Assembly: GCA_965215015.1 (NCBI GenBank)
Contig: OZ244042.1
Location: 2,144,001-2,208,000 of the forward strand
Reading direction: 5' to 3'
DNA: 64,000 nucleotides
Source: Candidatus Poribacteria bacterium
GTDB taxonomy: Bacteria > Poribacteria > WGA-4E > PCPOR2b
Shown here: positions 31,725 to 42,594 of the stretch, one piece after another
How positions within the stretch are numbered: the stretch's first letter is position 1
Layout of the letters: the number at the start of each line of letters is the position of its first letter
Position numbers and translations under genes: made by a program
The notes under the pieces: model-generated
The model's database searches: none
Seen by the model: the letters and a program-made list of their open reading frames with translations, nothing else
What the model was told of the DNA's origin: nothing

Positions 31725-33083
31725 TCATTTCTTACCCACTAGCCTTTTGGTCTTCCATGCTCCTCGTCTAAACCACAACCACATCAACATACCTTGTACA
31801 ACGTTTGATAAGGCGATGCCAATCCAGACTCCCGTAATTCCCACTAAATAGGAAAGCGAGATTACTAGCATCAATCCAATACCGAGTTGACAGATGAATG
31901 TCATCACCATCGGGGAAACGGTATCCCCAGCACCGTTGAGGGCACGACCAAATACGATAGAAATGGCAATAAACGCAAAGGTGGCTGATAGGTAACGGAG
32001 GTAAACACTCCCGATAGTGATAACTTCCGTTTGTCCGGTAAATATCCTAATGCAAAAATGGGGAAAAAGAAATAATAGGCTTCCAAGTGCAGCCATGAGC
32101 ACCGTTGCCAATCCTCCGGCAAGATTGGCAGATTTTTCTGCCCTGTCAATCTGACCGGCTCCGATATTCTGGCCCGTCATTGGGGCGACAGCGTTTGCGA
32201 ATCCGAAACCCAGGTGCATTACGAGGATGCGGAGACGCATACAGATGGCGTAGGCAGACACAGCGTTCGTTCCATAAATCGCTACAACTCGAATAAATCC
32301 CAACCGGGAGGCGTGTCTCAGAAATCCTTGCATCGAGCTAAAAATTCCAAGGCGCAGAATTTGCCCCATTGCTGACAGGTCAATGCGACGCTTAACATGC
32401 TTTAGTGAGATAGCGCTGCGCCCGATGAAGCAGAAGTAAAGAAAAATCACAACCCCAGCACTCCTGCCAATCACGCTTGCATACGCGGAGCCCGCGACTC
32501 CTAGACGCGGGAATTTCCAAATGCCAAATATGAGTAAAGGATCCAGAGCGATGTTTAGGACCGTTGAAACAATCATGATCACCATCGGTGTCATTGAATC
32601 CCCGCCCGCTCTGAAAAGGGAACCTAACGTCATCGACATGAACATCATGATACCACCAAGCAGTGTGATACGCAAGTAAGGTACGCCCAATCGTACCACT
32701 TCTTCCTCTGCTCCGAGTAACCTTAAGCCAATTTCAGCCAGTGGAAAGCCTATACACGCAATTGCAAGGGGGCATACAACGCTCAAAATGAGTGCCTGCA
32801 TCGCGATATTCTCCCCTCGCTCTCTCTGTTGTGCACCGATTGACTGAGAGACCAAAACGACCGTTCCCATGGAGATACCGAGTGAAAGCACACTAATCAA
32901 CCGCTGAAGATTCGAGCTCATATCAACGGCGGCAATCGCTGCGGCTCCCAATTTCCCAACGAAGATCATATCAACTACACTGAAAGAATCCTGCAAAATA
33001 TTGCTGAGAGCAATGGGCCAAGCGAGATGTACAAGGTTCTTGAAAATACTTCCTTGGGTCAAGTCATGCTTCGATTTCTTCAT
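31725..33083 (-). CDS. MATE family efflux transporter
   Basis: DLTQGSIFKNLVHLAWP, VDMIFVGKLG, GDSMTPM, NIALDPLLIFG, GQNIGAG. Confidence 0.9.
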   Translation of the reverse strand: MKKSKHDLTQGSIFKNLVHLAWPIALSNILQDSFSVVDMIFVGKLGAAAIAAVDMSSNLQRLISVLSLGISMGTVVLVSQSIGAQQRERGENIAMQALILSVVCPLAIACIGFPLAEIGLRLLGAEEEVVRLGVPYLRITLLGGIMMFMSMTLGSLFRAGGDSMTPMVIMIVSTVLNIALDPLLIFGIWKFPRLGVAGSAYASVIGRSAGVVIFLYFCFIGRSAISLKHVKRRIDLSAMGQILRLGIFSSMQGFLRHASRLGFIRVVAIYGTNAVSAYAICMRLRILVMHLGFGFANAVAPMTGQNIGAGQIDRAEKSANLAGGLATVLMAALGSLLFLFPHFCIRIFTGQTEVITIGSVYLRYLSATFAFIAISIVFGRALNGAGDTVSPMVMTFICQLGIGLMLVISLSYLVGITGVWIGIALSNVVQGMLMWLWFRRGAWKTKRLVGKK

Positions 33084-33535
33084 AGCTGGGGCTGTCTCTC
33101 CGGTGTGTTGATGCGCTTTCGACGACTCAAATCTCCCTTTGTTTAGCAATTTTCATCGAATACACGAAAATATCTTTCCTTCATTTTCTTAATTTCTGGG
33201 GCAATTCCACTCTCATAACTTAGATTGACAGATGCAAACTAAAACCGATACATTTGCCAATTCGTTAGAATTGTATCAATTGTTCTTGTTCTTATTGTGC
33301 CATATCTTCACAAAATTCGGCAAGAATTATCCGTTTGAAGCTCGATTGATAATTTTCAAAAAAAAACTAGGTTCTGTTGACATTCGATAAATTGAGCCGA
33401 TCTCCGTGCTTATGAGCACCCCTCCTAGAACATTGCGCTATGGAATACCAGATACTGCTGAGCCACACGATTGGATCCATCCGCCCGGAACATTGCGTTA
33501 TAGCGAAATTATATGAAAAAATCATTGAAAAACTA

Positions 33536-33620
33536 TTGACAGATTATTAATAATCGTTTATGGTATTAACCCCTATCGCACATATTGTATGGGAAAAGAA
33601 ATTATACACAATACATTGGT
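33536..33620 (+). promoter_or_regulatory. nrdR-nrdJ promoter with tandem NrdR boxes
   Basis: TTGACA(33536)-17 bp-TATGGT; boxes ATCGCACATATTGTA (33575) and ACACAATACATTGGT (33606), 31 bp apart, resembling the acaCwAtATaTwGtg consensus. Confidence 0.65.
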
Positions 33621-33625
33621 GTTCT

Positions 33626-34081
33626 ATGAAATGTCCATACTGCAATGGTTCAAGCATAAGAGTCATCGACAAACGGGATACTGATGGAGGGACTGCCATC
33701 CGTAGACGCCGAGTGTGTCTCAATTGCTCAAAGCGGTTTACAACCTATGAGCGGGCTGAAGTATTAGATCTTTTCATTATTAAGAAGGACCAGCGCCGCG
33801 AAGCTTTTAATCGACAAAAGCTAAGGCGCAATATCATGAAGGCGTGTGAAAAACGCTTGATTAGTCAAGAAACTATCGATCGCTTGATTGGGGAGGTCGA
33901 ACAAAAACTCATCAGTATGCACAAATCCGAAATCGAAAGCCATATTATTGGTGAAATTGTTATGGACGCTCTCAAAAATTTGGATAGTGTCGCATATATT
34001 CGATTCGCTTCTGTTTACCGTGATTTCAAGGATGCGGCAGATTTTGAAAACGAGCTCCGCCAATTGGCACCCGATGATTAG
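33626..34081 (+). CDS. nrdR: Transcriptional repressor NrdR
   Basis: MKCPYC, IRRRRVCLNCSKRFTTYE, ATP-cone, VAYIRFASVY. Confidence 0.95.
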   Translation: MKCPYCNGSSIRVIDKRDTDGGTAIRRRRVCLNCSKRFTTYERAEVLDLFIIKKDQRREAFNRQKLRRNIMKACEKRLISQETIDRLIGEVEQKLISMHKSEIESHIIGEIVMDALKNLDSVAYIRFASVYRDFKDAADFENELRQLAPDD

Positions 34082-34202
34082 ATTAATGAAACCGAGGGTT
34101 CAGAGAGAACGTCAAACTAAGGGGTGTTATAAACGAATTACAGGTAGGTCTCTTAGGTCTCTGAATCCACTATAGAAAGGAATCAAAAAGAAAGGAGTCA
34201 AA

Positions 34203-37200
34203 ATGTCCCAAACCAAAGATTTTGGTGTTAAGCAGGATTCGATCGCCACCGCGCCATCGGATGAAACTGCTGACATCAAACCCTCTTCTCTTCTTGAGGA
34301 AACTACACAAAAACGGGGCTTGAAAATCGATCGACGGTATACCACGTCCGATGTGCATCCATTCGATGCAATTGGGTGGGAACCTCGGAGTTCGGTAATC
34401 TATAATGAAAAAGGCGAAGTCATCTTCGAGAAAAAAGCGGTCGAGGTCCCGTCAAACTGGTCGCAATTAGCAGCGGATATTGCGGTGTCCAAATATTTCC
34501 GTAAAGCAGGAGTACCTAAAATGGAGAGCGAAACAAGCGTTCGTCAACTCATCCAACGCGTCGCTCATACCATCCGCCACGCAGGTGAAACACTTGGCGG
34601 TTACTTCGCTACACCAAGCGATGCCGAGTCCTTTGAAATGGAACTGACAGATCTGCTCGTCGCGCAACGCGGTGCATTTAATTCGCCAGTCTGGTTTAAC
34701 TGCGGCCTGTATCATCAGTATGGGATTGTTGGAGGAACAGGTAATTGGTATTGGGATTTTGAAAAAAACAGTGTGGCCCAGACACAAAATAACTACGACC
34801 ACCCGCAATGCAGCGCGTGCTTTATCCAATCTATTGAAGATGACCTGATGTCGCTTTTCGAGTTGGTCAAAAATGAGGCGCGTGTCTTTAAGTACGGTTC
34901 GGGGACTGGAACGAATTTTTCCAAGATTCGAGGGCGGCAAGAAAAACTCTCCGGCGGCGGCACGAGCAGTGGATTGATGTCTTTTCTCGAGGTTTTTGAC
35001 CGCGGGGCAGGGGCGACCAAATCTGGAGGGACTACCCGGCGCGCGGCAAAGATGGTATGCCTCGATATGGATCATCCAGAAATCATTGATTTCATCAACT
35101 GGAAGGTAAATGAGGAAAAAAAGGTGGCCGCGCTCGTCGCCGCTGGTTATTCCTCTGACTTCAATGGGGAGGCGTATAAGACTGTTTCCGGGCAAAACTC
35201 AAATAACTCTGTCCGACTTACGGACGAATTTATGAATGCCTATCTGCGTGGGGACAAATGGCATACGAGGTTCCGTACAACGGGCGAAATCTGTGAAACA
35301 TTTGAAACCAAAGATCTCATGCGTCAAATCTCCGAAGCCGCTTGGGCTTGCGCGGATCCAGGTGTACAGTTTGACACGACGATTAACAACTGGCATACCT
35401 GCGCGAATACCGATCGAATTTATAGTAGTAATCCATGTTCAGAATATATGTTCCTTGACGGCACCGCATGTAATCTCGCTTCTATCAATCTGCTCAAATT
35501 CGTCGATGAAGATGGAACCTTCGATGTGGACGGGTTCAAGCATGCCTGCCGAATCTTCTTCATCGGTCAGGAAATTCTTATTGATTTCTCCTCCTATCCG
35601 ACCCGCCCCATTGCTCAAAACAGCCACGACTATCGACCGATCGGATTGGGATATGCGAATCTGGGGACTTTGTTGATGATCAATGGTATCCCTTACGATA
35701 GCGAACAGGGGTATGCCATCGCCGGCGCGCTTACGGCGATTCTCTGTGGTGAGGCATATCGGACATCCGCTGAGATGGCTGCAATCAAAGGTCCCTTCCC
35801 CGGATTCGATAAGAACCGCGAGCCGATGCTGCATGTGATGAATAAACATCGTGCCGCAGCCTATGACTTGAACCTGAATGTCTGCCCACCTTACCTTTTG
35901 AAGGCGGCACAACAAACATGGGATGATGCAGTTGAGATGGGTGAACGGTATGGCTATCGGAATGCACAAGCGACAGTGTTAGCACCTACCGGGACCATAG
36001 GGCTGCTGATGGAATGCGACACGACTGGTGTTGAACCCGAATTCGCGCTTGTGAAATTCAAGAAGTTGGCGGGCGGCGGTTACTTTAAGATTATCAACCA
36101 ATCCGTGCCCCGTGCGTTGAAAAAGCTCGGTTATACGGACGAAGAGATTGACGCCATCGTGACTTATGTGCAGGGTACTTCCTCGCTGATCGGTTCCTCC
36201 TATATTAATAATATTTCACTTAAACAAAAGGGTTTGACTGACGAGGAGATCGGTCAGATTGAAGCGACGTTACCCTCCGTCTTTGAATTAACGCATGCGT
36301 TTAACGCCTACACCGTCGGAGAGGAAGGGATGGAACGTCTCGGATTTGGTCCGGAGCAATATAACGCGCAGGATTTTAATCTCTTGAGTAAATTGGGATT
36401 TACTCAACAGCAAATTGAAGAAGCAAACAACATAATTTGTGGTATGATGACCATTGAAGGTGCACCGCATCTGAAAGCGGAACATCTACCCGTCTTTGAT
36501 TGTGCCAACAAATGTGGGAAGTACGGTCAGCGTTATATTGAGCCGATGGCGCATGTTCGCATGGTCGCCGCGACGCAGCCATTCCTGAGTGGGTCGATAT
36601 CCAAAACCATCAACATGCCCCACGAAACAACAGTTGAAGAGGTCGAAAACCTTTACGTTGAGGCATGGAAACTGGGATTGAAAGCGGTAGCACTCTATCG
36701 GGATGGATCGAAATTGTCCCAACCTCTCAGCACAACAAGAGCAGAAGCGGCGGAGGAGGAATCGGAGGCTCGGCCAATCCGCCGCCGTCTGCCCAACGAA
36801 CGTAATTCCATTACCCACAAATTCAGCATTGCGGGTCATGAAGGCTACATCACCGTTGGATTTTACGAAGATGGCAGCCCCGGCGAGGTGTTTCTCAAAA
36901 TGTCGAAGGAAGGCTCAGTCATCTCCGGATTGATGGATACTATCGCGACAATGACCTCTATCTCCTTACAATACGGCGTTCCGTTGGAGTCGCTGGTCAG
37001 TAAGTTCAGCCATGTCCGATTTGAGCCTGAGGGATTCACCAATAATAAGGATATCCCGATAGCTAAATCAATCATTGACTATGTATTCCGCTGGCTGGGA
37101 CTGAAATTCTTGCCTCAAAGTGAAAGTGAAATGCTTGCCGAGGGAGACGGAAGCCTCGGTGATCAACTTGCCCAACCACAGCAGCTGCACCCTTATGGGG

Positions 37201-37367
37201 AGGACATCAATCAGGAAGAAACCGCCCAAAGACTGGAAGCACGCGAGAAACGGGTCGCAGCGATGCAGTCAGATGCCCCTCCTTGCCACGATTGCGGGAC
37301 CATCATGGTGCGAAACGGCACCTGTTATCGCTGTCTGAATTGCGGCGCGACGAGTGGGTGTTCGTAG
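34203..37367 (+). CDS. nrdJ: Vitamin B12-dependent (class II) ribonucleotide reductase with TSCPD and C-terminal Zn-finger domains
   Basis: FNSPVWFN, PQCSACFI, TTRRAAKM, SNPCSEY, APTGTIG, SGSISKTIN, CxxC...CxxCGATSGCS. Confidence 0.95.
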   Translation: MSQTKDFGVKQDSIATAPSDETADIKPSSLLEETTQKRGLKIDRRYTTSDVHPFDAIGWEPRSSVIYNEKGEVIFEKKAVEVPSNWSQLAADIAVSKYFRKAGVPKMESETSVRQLIQRVAHTIRHAGETLGGYFATPSDAESFEMELTDLLVAQRGAFNSPVWFNCGLYHQYGIVGGTGNWYWDFEKNSVAQTQNNYDHPQCSACFIQSIEDDLMSLFELVKNEARVFKYGSGTGTNFSKIRGRQEKLSGGGTSSGLMSFLEVFDRGAGATKSGGTTRRAAKMVCLDMDHPEIIDFINWKVNEEKKVAALVAAGYSSDFNGEAYKTVSGQNSNNSVRLTDEFMNAYLRGDKWHTRFRTTGEICETFETKDLMRQISEAAWACADPGVQFDTTINNWHTCANTDRIYSSNPCSEYMFLDGTACNLASINLLKFVDEDGTFDVDGFKHACRIFFIGQEILIDFSSYPTRPIAQNSHDYRPIGLGYANLGTLLMINGIPYDSEQGYAIAGALTAILCGEAYRTSAEMAAIKGPFPGFDKNREPMLHVMNKHRAAAYDLNLNVCPPYLLKAAQQTWDDAVEMGERYGYRNAQATVLAPTGTIGLLMECDTTGVEPEFALVKFKKLAGGGYFKIINQSVPRALKKLGYTDEEIDAIVTYVQGTSSLIGSSYINNISLKQKGLTDEEIGQIEATLPSVFELTHAFNAYTVGEEGMERLGFGPEQYNAQDFNLLSKLGFTQQQIEEANNIICGMMTIEGAPHLKAEHLPVFDCANKCGKYGQRYIEPMAHVRMVAATQPFLSGSISKTINMPHETTVEEVENLYVEAWKLGLKAVALYRDGSKLSQPLSTTRAEAAEEESEARPIRRRLPNERNSITHKFSIAGHEGYITVGFYEDGSPGEVFLKMSKEGSVISGLMDTIATMTSISLQYGVPLESLVSKFSHVRFEPEGFTNNKDIPIAKSIIDYVFRWLGLKFLPQSESEMLAEGDGSLGDQLAQPQQLHPYGEDINQEETAQRLEAREKRVAAMQSDAPPCHDCGTIMVRNGTCYRCLNCGATSGCS

Positions 37368-37456
37368 GACTGAAACATGGAAAGGGTGAACTCAACAATC
37401 AGAAATATCGTTGAAAAAGCGTATAAAAAAGAAACCAACAAGTGCGGGACCCAAGG

Positions 37457-38209
37457 ATGAAAACTGAGACCTTCACCCGTTTTGCCTCCAAGTCCGAAAA
37501 TTACGCAAAGCACCGTCCTGATTACGCCCCCGAAGCAATTCAAGCAATAATTGAACATACAAAGCTAATACCGGCATCCGTGATTGCAGACATCGGTGCA
37601 GGAACAGGCATTGTGGCCCGGCATTTCGTCGAAAGTGGTAACTCCGTCTACGCTGTTGAACCGAATCCAGAAATGCGGCAGAGGGCAGAGATTGAACTTG
37701 GAAAGCGTCCAAATTTTCATAGCGTAAATGGGAATTCGGAGGGGACGACGCTGCAGGAGGCAAGCATTGACTTGATTACAGTCGGGCAAGCAATCCGGTG
37801 GTTTGATCCAGAGCCAAGCAAGCAGGAGTTTCTACGAATCCTGAAACCCAATGGCTGGTTTTCCATTCTCCAGCATTCACGGTGTCGTGATAACCTGACT
37901 CAAGCAATCAGCCAAGTATGTAGTGCCCAAAATGGATGGCAACGTTCCAATGCTCCTAAAGGTCCTCTTTATGAATGGTGGTTTGGTGAAGACGGTCGGT
38001 TCCTATATCTTCAATTTCCGAACCCACGCACTTTTGATCTAGAGAATTTGATCGGATTGGAATTATCCAACTCACATGCACCTGACGAAAGCCACCCTGC
38101 CCATCCTGCTTTTGTTGATGCCTTGCATAGCGTGTTTGAGAGTTTTCAGGATGGGGGCACGATTACAATGAACTTCACGACCCATCTCTATGTAGGGTTG
38201 ATAAGCTGA
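37457..38209 (+). CDS. Class I SAM-dependent methyltransferase
   Basis: YAKHRPDY, IADIGAGTG, AVEPNPEM, DLITVGQA, RILKPNG. Confidence 0.9.
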   Translation: MKTETFTRFASKSENYAKHRPDYAPEAIQAIIEHTKLIPASVIADIGAGTGIVARHFVESGNSVYAVEPNPEMRQRAEIELGKRPNFHSVNGNSEGTTLQEASIDLITVGQAIRWFDPEPSKQEFLRILKPNGWFSILQHSRCRDNLTQAISQVCSAQNGWQRSNAPKGPLYEWWFGEDGRFLYLQFPNPRTFDLENLIGLELSNSHAPDESHPAHPAFVDALHSVFESFQDGGTITMNFTTHLYVGLIS

Positions 38210-38305
38210 AGCTAGAGATTCAGATGCAATCGCTCTTGTTTTGACGGTCATTTGACTCAAACCTATACTAAATCCAAATGCTACAGAGATTGCTTCGTAG
38301 TCCAA

Positions 38306-39208
38306 TCACCCGTAGATCACGCGTAGAAGATTGAAGCCGATTACCCCCGCCACAATCAAAACGATGAACGCAAAGCAGAAGCGGACTGAATCCCCCTGTA
38401 TTCTTTGATTAACGATTGCTCCAATTTGTGCACAGATTGTGGACCCGACCAGCAAAAACACAACCAGCCATAAATTGACATTGCCCCGCATTGCATGGAT
38501 AGCAGTCCCATAAACAGCAGAAAAAAATACGATGAGCGAAACCGTGCCAACTGCTGTGTGCGTTTCAACGCCATATCCGTAGATTAGCAGCGGCACGAAG
38601 AGGACGCCGCCGCCAATCCCAAGCAACCCTGTGAAAACACCGATGACGAGTGCTGAGTAAACAACGGCCGGGAGCGAAATTTGGGGCACTCCGCTGTTGG
38701 GAAGGGAAACATAAGGTGGGATACGGAGGCCTTGAAGTAAGCCGTGCGGTTGCCTGTGATCGTTTTTCCTTCTGCGAATCAGTGATTCTATGAGAATCAA
38801 TCCTGAAACGGTGATAAGCACTCCGAAGAAGAGCCATTGTAGGTAAAATTGAAGTGCTGGAATTGATTGCTTGCTCACATTGATTGGTCCCAACCTATCC
38901 AGCCAGTCGAGCAGATATACTCCAAGCTCGATGCCGACAAAATTACCCCCCACAATCATCAATGCCAGTTTTGCATCAATGTCACCGAACTTCCAATACC
39001 GCAATACCGTAGAGAAAGTGGTGCCGGCCGTCCGAGAAAGCGTGCTCCCGATGCAGATTGGGAAGGGGATGCCAAATAAGATATTAAGGACCGGGGTGAT
39101 TAGCGGACCGCCGCCGATTCCAAAGAAACCTGACAAGAAACCGCTGATACACCCTAAACTAATCAACCCCAAGATATTAACAGGTATGCCACTGATATCG
39201 ACGTTCAT
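38306..39208 (-). CDS. Sulfite exporter TauE/SafE family membrane protein
   Basis: Two GxxxGxxGIGGG repeats, multiple TM helices. Confidence 0.9.
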   Translation of the reverse strand: MNVDISGIPVNILGLISLGCISGFLSGFFGIGGGPLITPVLNILFGIPFPICIGSTLSRTAGTTFSTVLRYWKFGDIDAKLALMIVGGNFVGIELGVYLLDWLDRLGPINVSKQSIPALQFYLQWLFFGVLITVSGLILIESLIRRRKNDHRQPHGLLQGLRIPPYVSLPNSGVPQISLPAVVYSALVIGVFTGLLGIGGGVLFVPLLIYGYGVETHTAVGTVSLIVFFSAVYGTAIHAMRGNVNLWLVVFLLVGSTICAQIGAIVNQRIQGDSVRFCFAFIVLIVAGVIGFNLLRVIYG

Positions 39209-39222
39209 CTAGCGTTATGGAC

Positions 39223-39363
39223 TCAAATGTGATAATCGATTCTAGGGTTGGGGGGAGTTGAACGACCAGTACGACGACCTAGAAGGACAAAGATCCAGTG
39301 AATAAGCCCGCCCCAACCAATCGGGAAGAGTAAACAGATTAGAACGTTAAAAATGACTTCCAT
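39223..39363 (-). CDS. 46-aa single-TM small protein upstream of tauE (not in ORF track)
   Basis: GGAG RBS, ATG at 39363: MEVIFNVLICLLFPIGWGGLIHWIFVLLGRRTGRSTPPNPRIDYHI*, ending 14 bp before the tauE start. Confidence 0.6.
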   Translation of the reverse strand: MEVIFNVLICLLFPIGWGGLIHWIFVLLGRRTGRSTPPNPRIDYHI

Positions 39364-39594
39364 GCACGACTCCAATTCGATGCAATATCAAAATCTGCTC
39401 GTAACGCCCAGTAGAAGTAGGGGTAATTTCTTGTTTGCCCCTCACGGATAGGCACCTACCCCTGACAACTTGAGAGCTCTAGACCTCTATCAGTAGAGAC
39501 ATTAGGGACTTACGCCATCGTGTACTCATACATTGCAAGTATAGACTAAAGTTGTGGTATTGTCAAAGGGAAAAATTGATCGAAGTCTTTTTGC

Positions 39595-39623
39595 TTGCAT
39601 TTCCCATAGGGGTGTGCTACAAT
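39595..39623 (+). promoter_or_regulatory. Sigma70-type promoter of the EF-G paralog
   Basis: TTGCAT-17 bp-TACAAT with an extended TG. Confidence 0.5.
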
Positions 39624-39723
39624 CACCAACGTGAAATGTAAAGGGCGTTCCTCTCACGTTTCATACATCACGTTGCGTATTTCTATGATGTTTGTGGTTA
39701 AACTGAGACCGTAAGGAGTTTTC

Positions 39724-41796
39724 TTGATGAAGGAATATCAGACGGAACAGATTCGGAATATCGGCATTATTGGGCATTCGGGAACAGGCAAGACTTCACT
39801 CATCGAAGCGATACTCTATAATGGGGGCGCAATCGAGCGAATGGGACAAGTTGATAATGGGAGTTCAGTTTCAGATTATGCTCCAGATGAGATTGAACGC
39901 AAAATGACCATTAACTGTTCTGTGTGTGTCGCTGAGTGGAAAGGGCACAAGTTTAACATTATTGATACGCCCGGTGCCGAGGATTTCTATGGAGATCTCG
40001 AGAGCGTACTGCGGGTAGTAGATGCCGTTATTGTAGTGATTGATGCAACAACCGGTGTTGAAGGGGGGACGGAGAAAGTATGGGAAGCGGCTGATAGATA
40101 TGGACTCCCACGGATAATCTTTATCAACAAAATGGATAAAGAGAATGCCAGTTTTGAAAATGCGCTCGCGAGCGTTGATGAGATTCTTGAAGCCCAAACA
40201 ACTGCGACACAAGTGCCAATTGGTAAAGAAACTGACTTTAAAGGCGTCATCGATCTCATCCAGATGGGAGCGTTCACAGAACCGCAGGATAATAGACCTT
40301 CAGCAAAATCAGATGTTCCTTCCGAACTTGAAGCGCAGGTGGAAGAGATGCGGGAGCAGCTTGTTGAGGTTGCAGCAGAAAGCGACGATGAGTTGATTGA
40401 AAAGTTCTTTGAAGGTGAACTCACCGACGAGGAAATTGGTACTGGACTTCGTACGGGATTATGTGCCAATCAGTTCGTACCCGTACTCTGTGGTGATGCC
40501 CTGCGAAATATTGGCGTTCAACCCCTGATGGACATAGTCACCAACTGCTGCCCATCTCCGGTTGATGCCAGACCGATTACAGCAATTGACGGCGAAACAA
40601 CCTATGAGGCCTCCCCGGACTCGCCATTGGCGGCGTTGGTGTTTAAGACGTTGGCAGATCCGTTCGCTGGACGACTGAGCTTCTTCCGGGTTTATTCTGG
40701 CGTCTTAAATAGCGATTCTCAGGTTTACAACGCGACGAAAGGTGAGAATGAACGAATCGGCAAGCTCGCATTCATGAATGGGAAAACCGCTACTAACGTG
40801 CTCCAAGTATCCGCAGGCGATATCGGAGTTGTTTCTAAACTGACGCTTGCACAAACAGACGACACATTTTGCGACGTAGGAAGTTCGTTCCAACTTCCCG
40901 GCTGCGAATTCCCTAAGCCTGTTATCTCGTTCGCCATTAAGCCTGCACGAGAAGGGGATGATGAGAAACTGAGTTCGACCCTCTCCCGGATGATGGAAGA
41001 AGACCCATCATTCCAGATCGAACGGAATAGCACAACGAAACAGTTGCTGGTCTCCGGGCTTGGCGAGATACATCTCACCGTCATACGCAATCGAATGCGC
41101 GACAAGTTTGGCATCGAAACTGAAGTCGAAATACCGAAGGTCGCCTACCAGGAAACGATTCGTGGTAGGGCGAACGGTATTCAAGCGAGGTATAAACGTC
41201 AGTCTGGCGGGCGCGGGCAATTCGGGGAGGTCTGGATAAACCTGTCCCCACTCCAACGAGGTAGCGGATTTGAATTTGTCAACAAGATTGTGGGGGGCTC
41301 GATTCCGCGTAATTATATCCCCGCGGTTGAGAAAGGCATCCGTGAGTCGATGGCTCAAGGTCTGATTGCCGGGTATCCCTTCGTTGACGCTCAAGTGGAG
41401 CTCTACGACGGTAAGCATCACCCTGTTGATTCCTCTGATATGGCTTTTCAGATTGCTGGTTCTTTTGCGTTTCGAGACGCAGCAAACCAATCCAATCCAG
41501 TGCTGCTTGAGCCAATCATGAACGTCACAATCTCTGTTCCAGAACAGTTCATGGGGGATATTATCGGCGACCTCAATAGCAAACGGGGCCGAATCATGGG
41601 GGTTGAACAGGCGGGCAAACGGCAGGTCATTCAAGCGACCGTCCCGTTGGCAGAAATGTTCCGGTATTCGATAGACCTTAAATCAATTACGAGTGCGCGG
41701 GGCAGCTTCACGATGGAGTTTTCAAATTACGAGGAGATGCCGGATGAACTAGCCCAAAAGGTAATTGCTGAAGCAAAATCAGAGGCGGAAGAGTAA
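39724..41796 (+). CDS. fusA: Elongation factor G-like protein (EF-G2 type)
   Basis: GHSGTGKTS, IDTPG, NKMD, RQSGGRGQFG, HPVDSSDMAF, LLEPIM; stand-alone location and non-canonical G1/G2 indicate a paralog. Confidence 0.9.
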   Translation: MMKEYQTEQIRNIGIIGHSGTGKTSLIEAILYNGGAIERMGQVDNGSSVSDYAPDEIERKMTINCSVCVAEWKGHKFNIIDTPGAEDFYGDLESVLRVVDAVIVVIDATTGVEGGTEKVWEAADRYGLPRIIFINKMDKENASFENALASVDEILEAQTTATQVPIGKETDFKGVIDLIQMGAFTEPQDNRPSAKSDVPSELEAQVEEMREQLVEVAAESDDELIEKFFEGELTDEEIGTGLRTGLCANQFVPVLCGDALRNIGVQPLMDIVTNCCPSPVDARPITAIDGETTYEASPDSPLAALVFKTLADPFAGRLSFFRVYSGVLNSDSQVYNATKGENERIGKLAFMNGKTATNVLQVSAGDIGVVSKLTLAQTDDTFCDVGSSFQLPGCEFPKPVISFAIKPAREGDDEKLSSTLSRMMEEDPSFQIERNSTTKQLLVSGLGEIHLTVIRNRMRDKFGIETEVEIPKVAYQETIRGRANGIQARYKRQSGGRGQFGEVWINLSPLQRGSGFEFVNKIVGGSIPRNYIPAVEKGIRESMAQGLIAGYPFVDAQVELYDGKHHPVDSSDMAFQIAGSFAFRDAANQSNPVLLEPIMNVTISVPEQFMGDIIGDLNSKRGRIMGVEQAGKRQVIQATVPLAEMFRYSIDLKSITSARGSFTMEFSNYEEMPDELAQKVIAEAKSEAEE

Positions 41797-41886
41797 AAGG
41801 TCGTAACTCAACTATCGCTCTACGAAGCATACCACTATTCCGCGGTCCACCTTAGAAGCAGGTAAGGAAAGTTAGAGGAAGCTTTT

Positions 41887-42594
41887 ATGGGCAGATATGC
41901 CTACTATTACAATCTTGCTAAAACTCATCTGGATCAAGGAGATTCTGGTCGTGCCCTCATAAACTTTACCTTAGCACAGCGACAGAATCCCAATCGTGTC
42001 GAGGCCTATTACGCTCGTGCTACGGTTCACCAGCTGAGAGGCAATCATGATCGCGCCAATGCAGATTTGACCACGGCACAGAACCTCACGAGAATTTCCT
42101 TTGCTGAGTTTGATTTAACGAAGGCCAACGAATTTGTAGAGAGCGATGCCGGATTAAGCCTTATAGAAAACCAGGACGCGAACCCTAGTGATATTCTTAT
42201 AAGGAAACTCGGCGAGATTGCCTTTGCTAAATTTCTATATGAGCATGATAAGGCATTCTTGAATGATGCCAATCAACTTCTAACATGGGATGATGTTTAT
42301 ACATCGGACAGACTGAATCTCCAGACTTGCGACGGCCAAACTGTTGATGTTAAGGCATCCAAATTCCAAAGCATAGTGGTTCCATATAATAATAAACCAA
42401 GGGATTATTACGTCGGAGTTGGAATTTCAACGGATAAGACAATAGGTACAGTGGAGGGTTTTATTCATAGAGATGGACTAAAGCCCTCTGAGTCTAACAT
42501 TCCCGATCCATGTCTTCAAAGAAAATTTGAATCACTTAAATGTATCGAAGACTTGCTTGAAATGATGCCTGAGGCAGAAAACGGTGCGAGCTAG
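41887..42594 (+). CDS. TPR-repeat protein fused to a PD-(D/E)xK nuclease-like domain
   Basis: N-terminal ~65 aa TPR (AYYYNLAK...AYYARATV...ANADL); C-terminal [11 protein letters not shown]...D...VDVKAS; paralog of the RpoB C-terminal extension. Confidence 0.7.
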   Translation: MGRYAYYYNLAKTHLDQGDSGRALINFTLAQRQNPNRVEAYYARATVHQLRGNHDRANADLTTAQNLTRISFAEFDLTKANEFVESDAGLSLIENQDANPSDILIRKLGEIAFAKFLYEHDKAFLNDANQLLTWDDVYTSDRLNLQTCDGQTVDVKASKFQSIVVPYNNKPRDYYVGVGISTDKTIGTVEGFIHRDGLKPSESNIPDPCLQRKFESLKCIEDLLEMMPEAENGAS

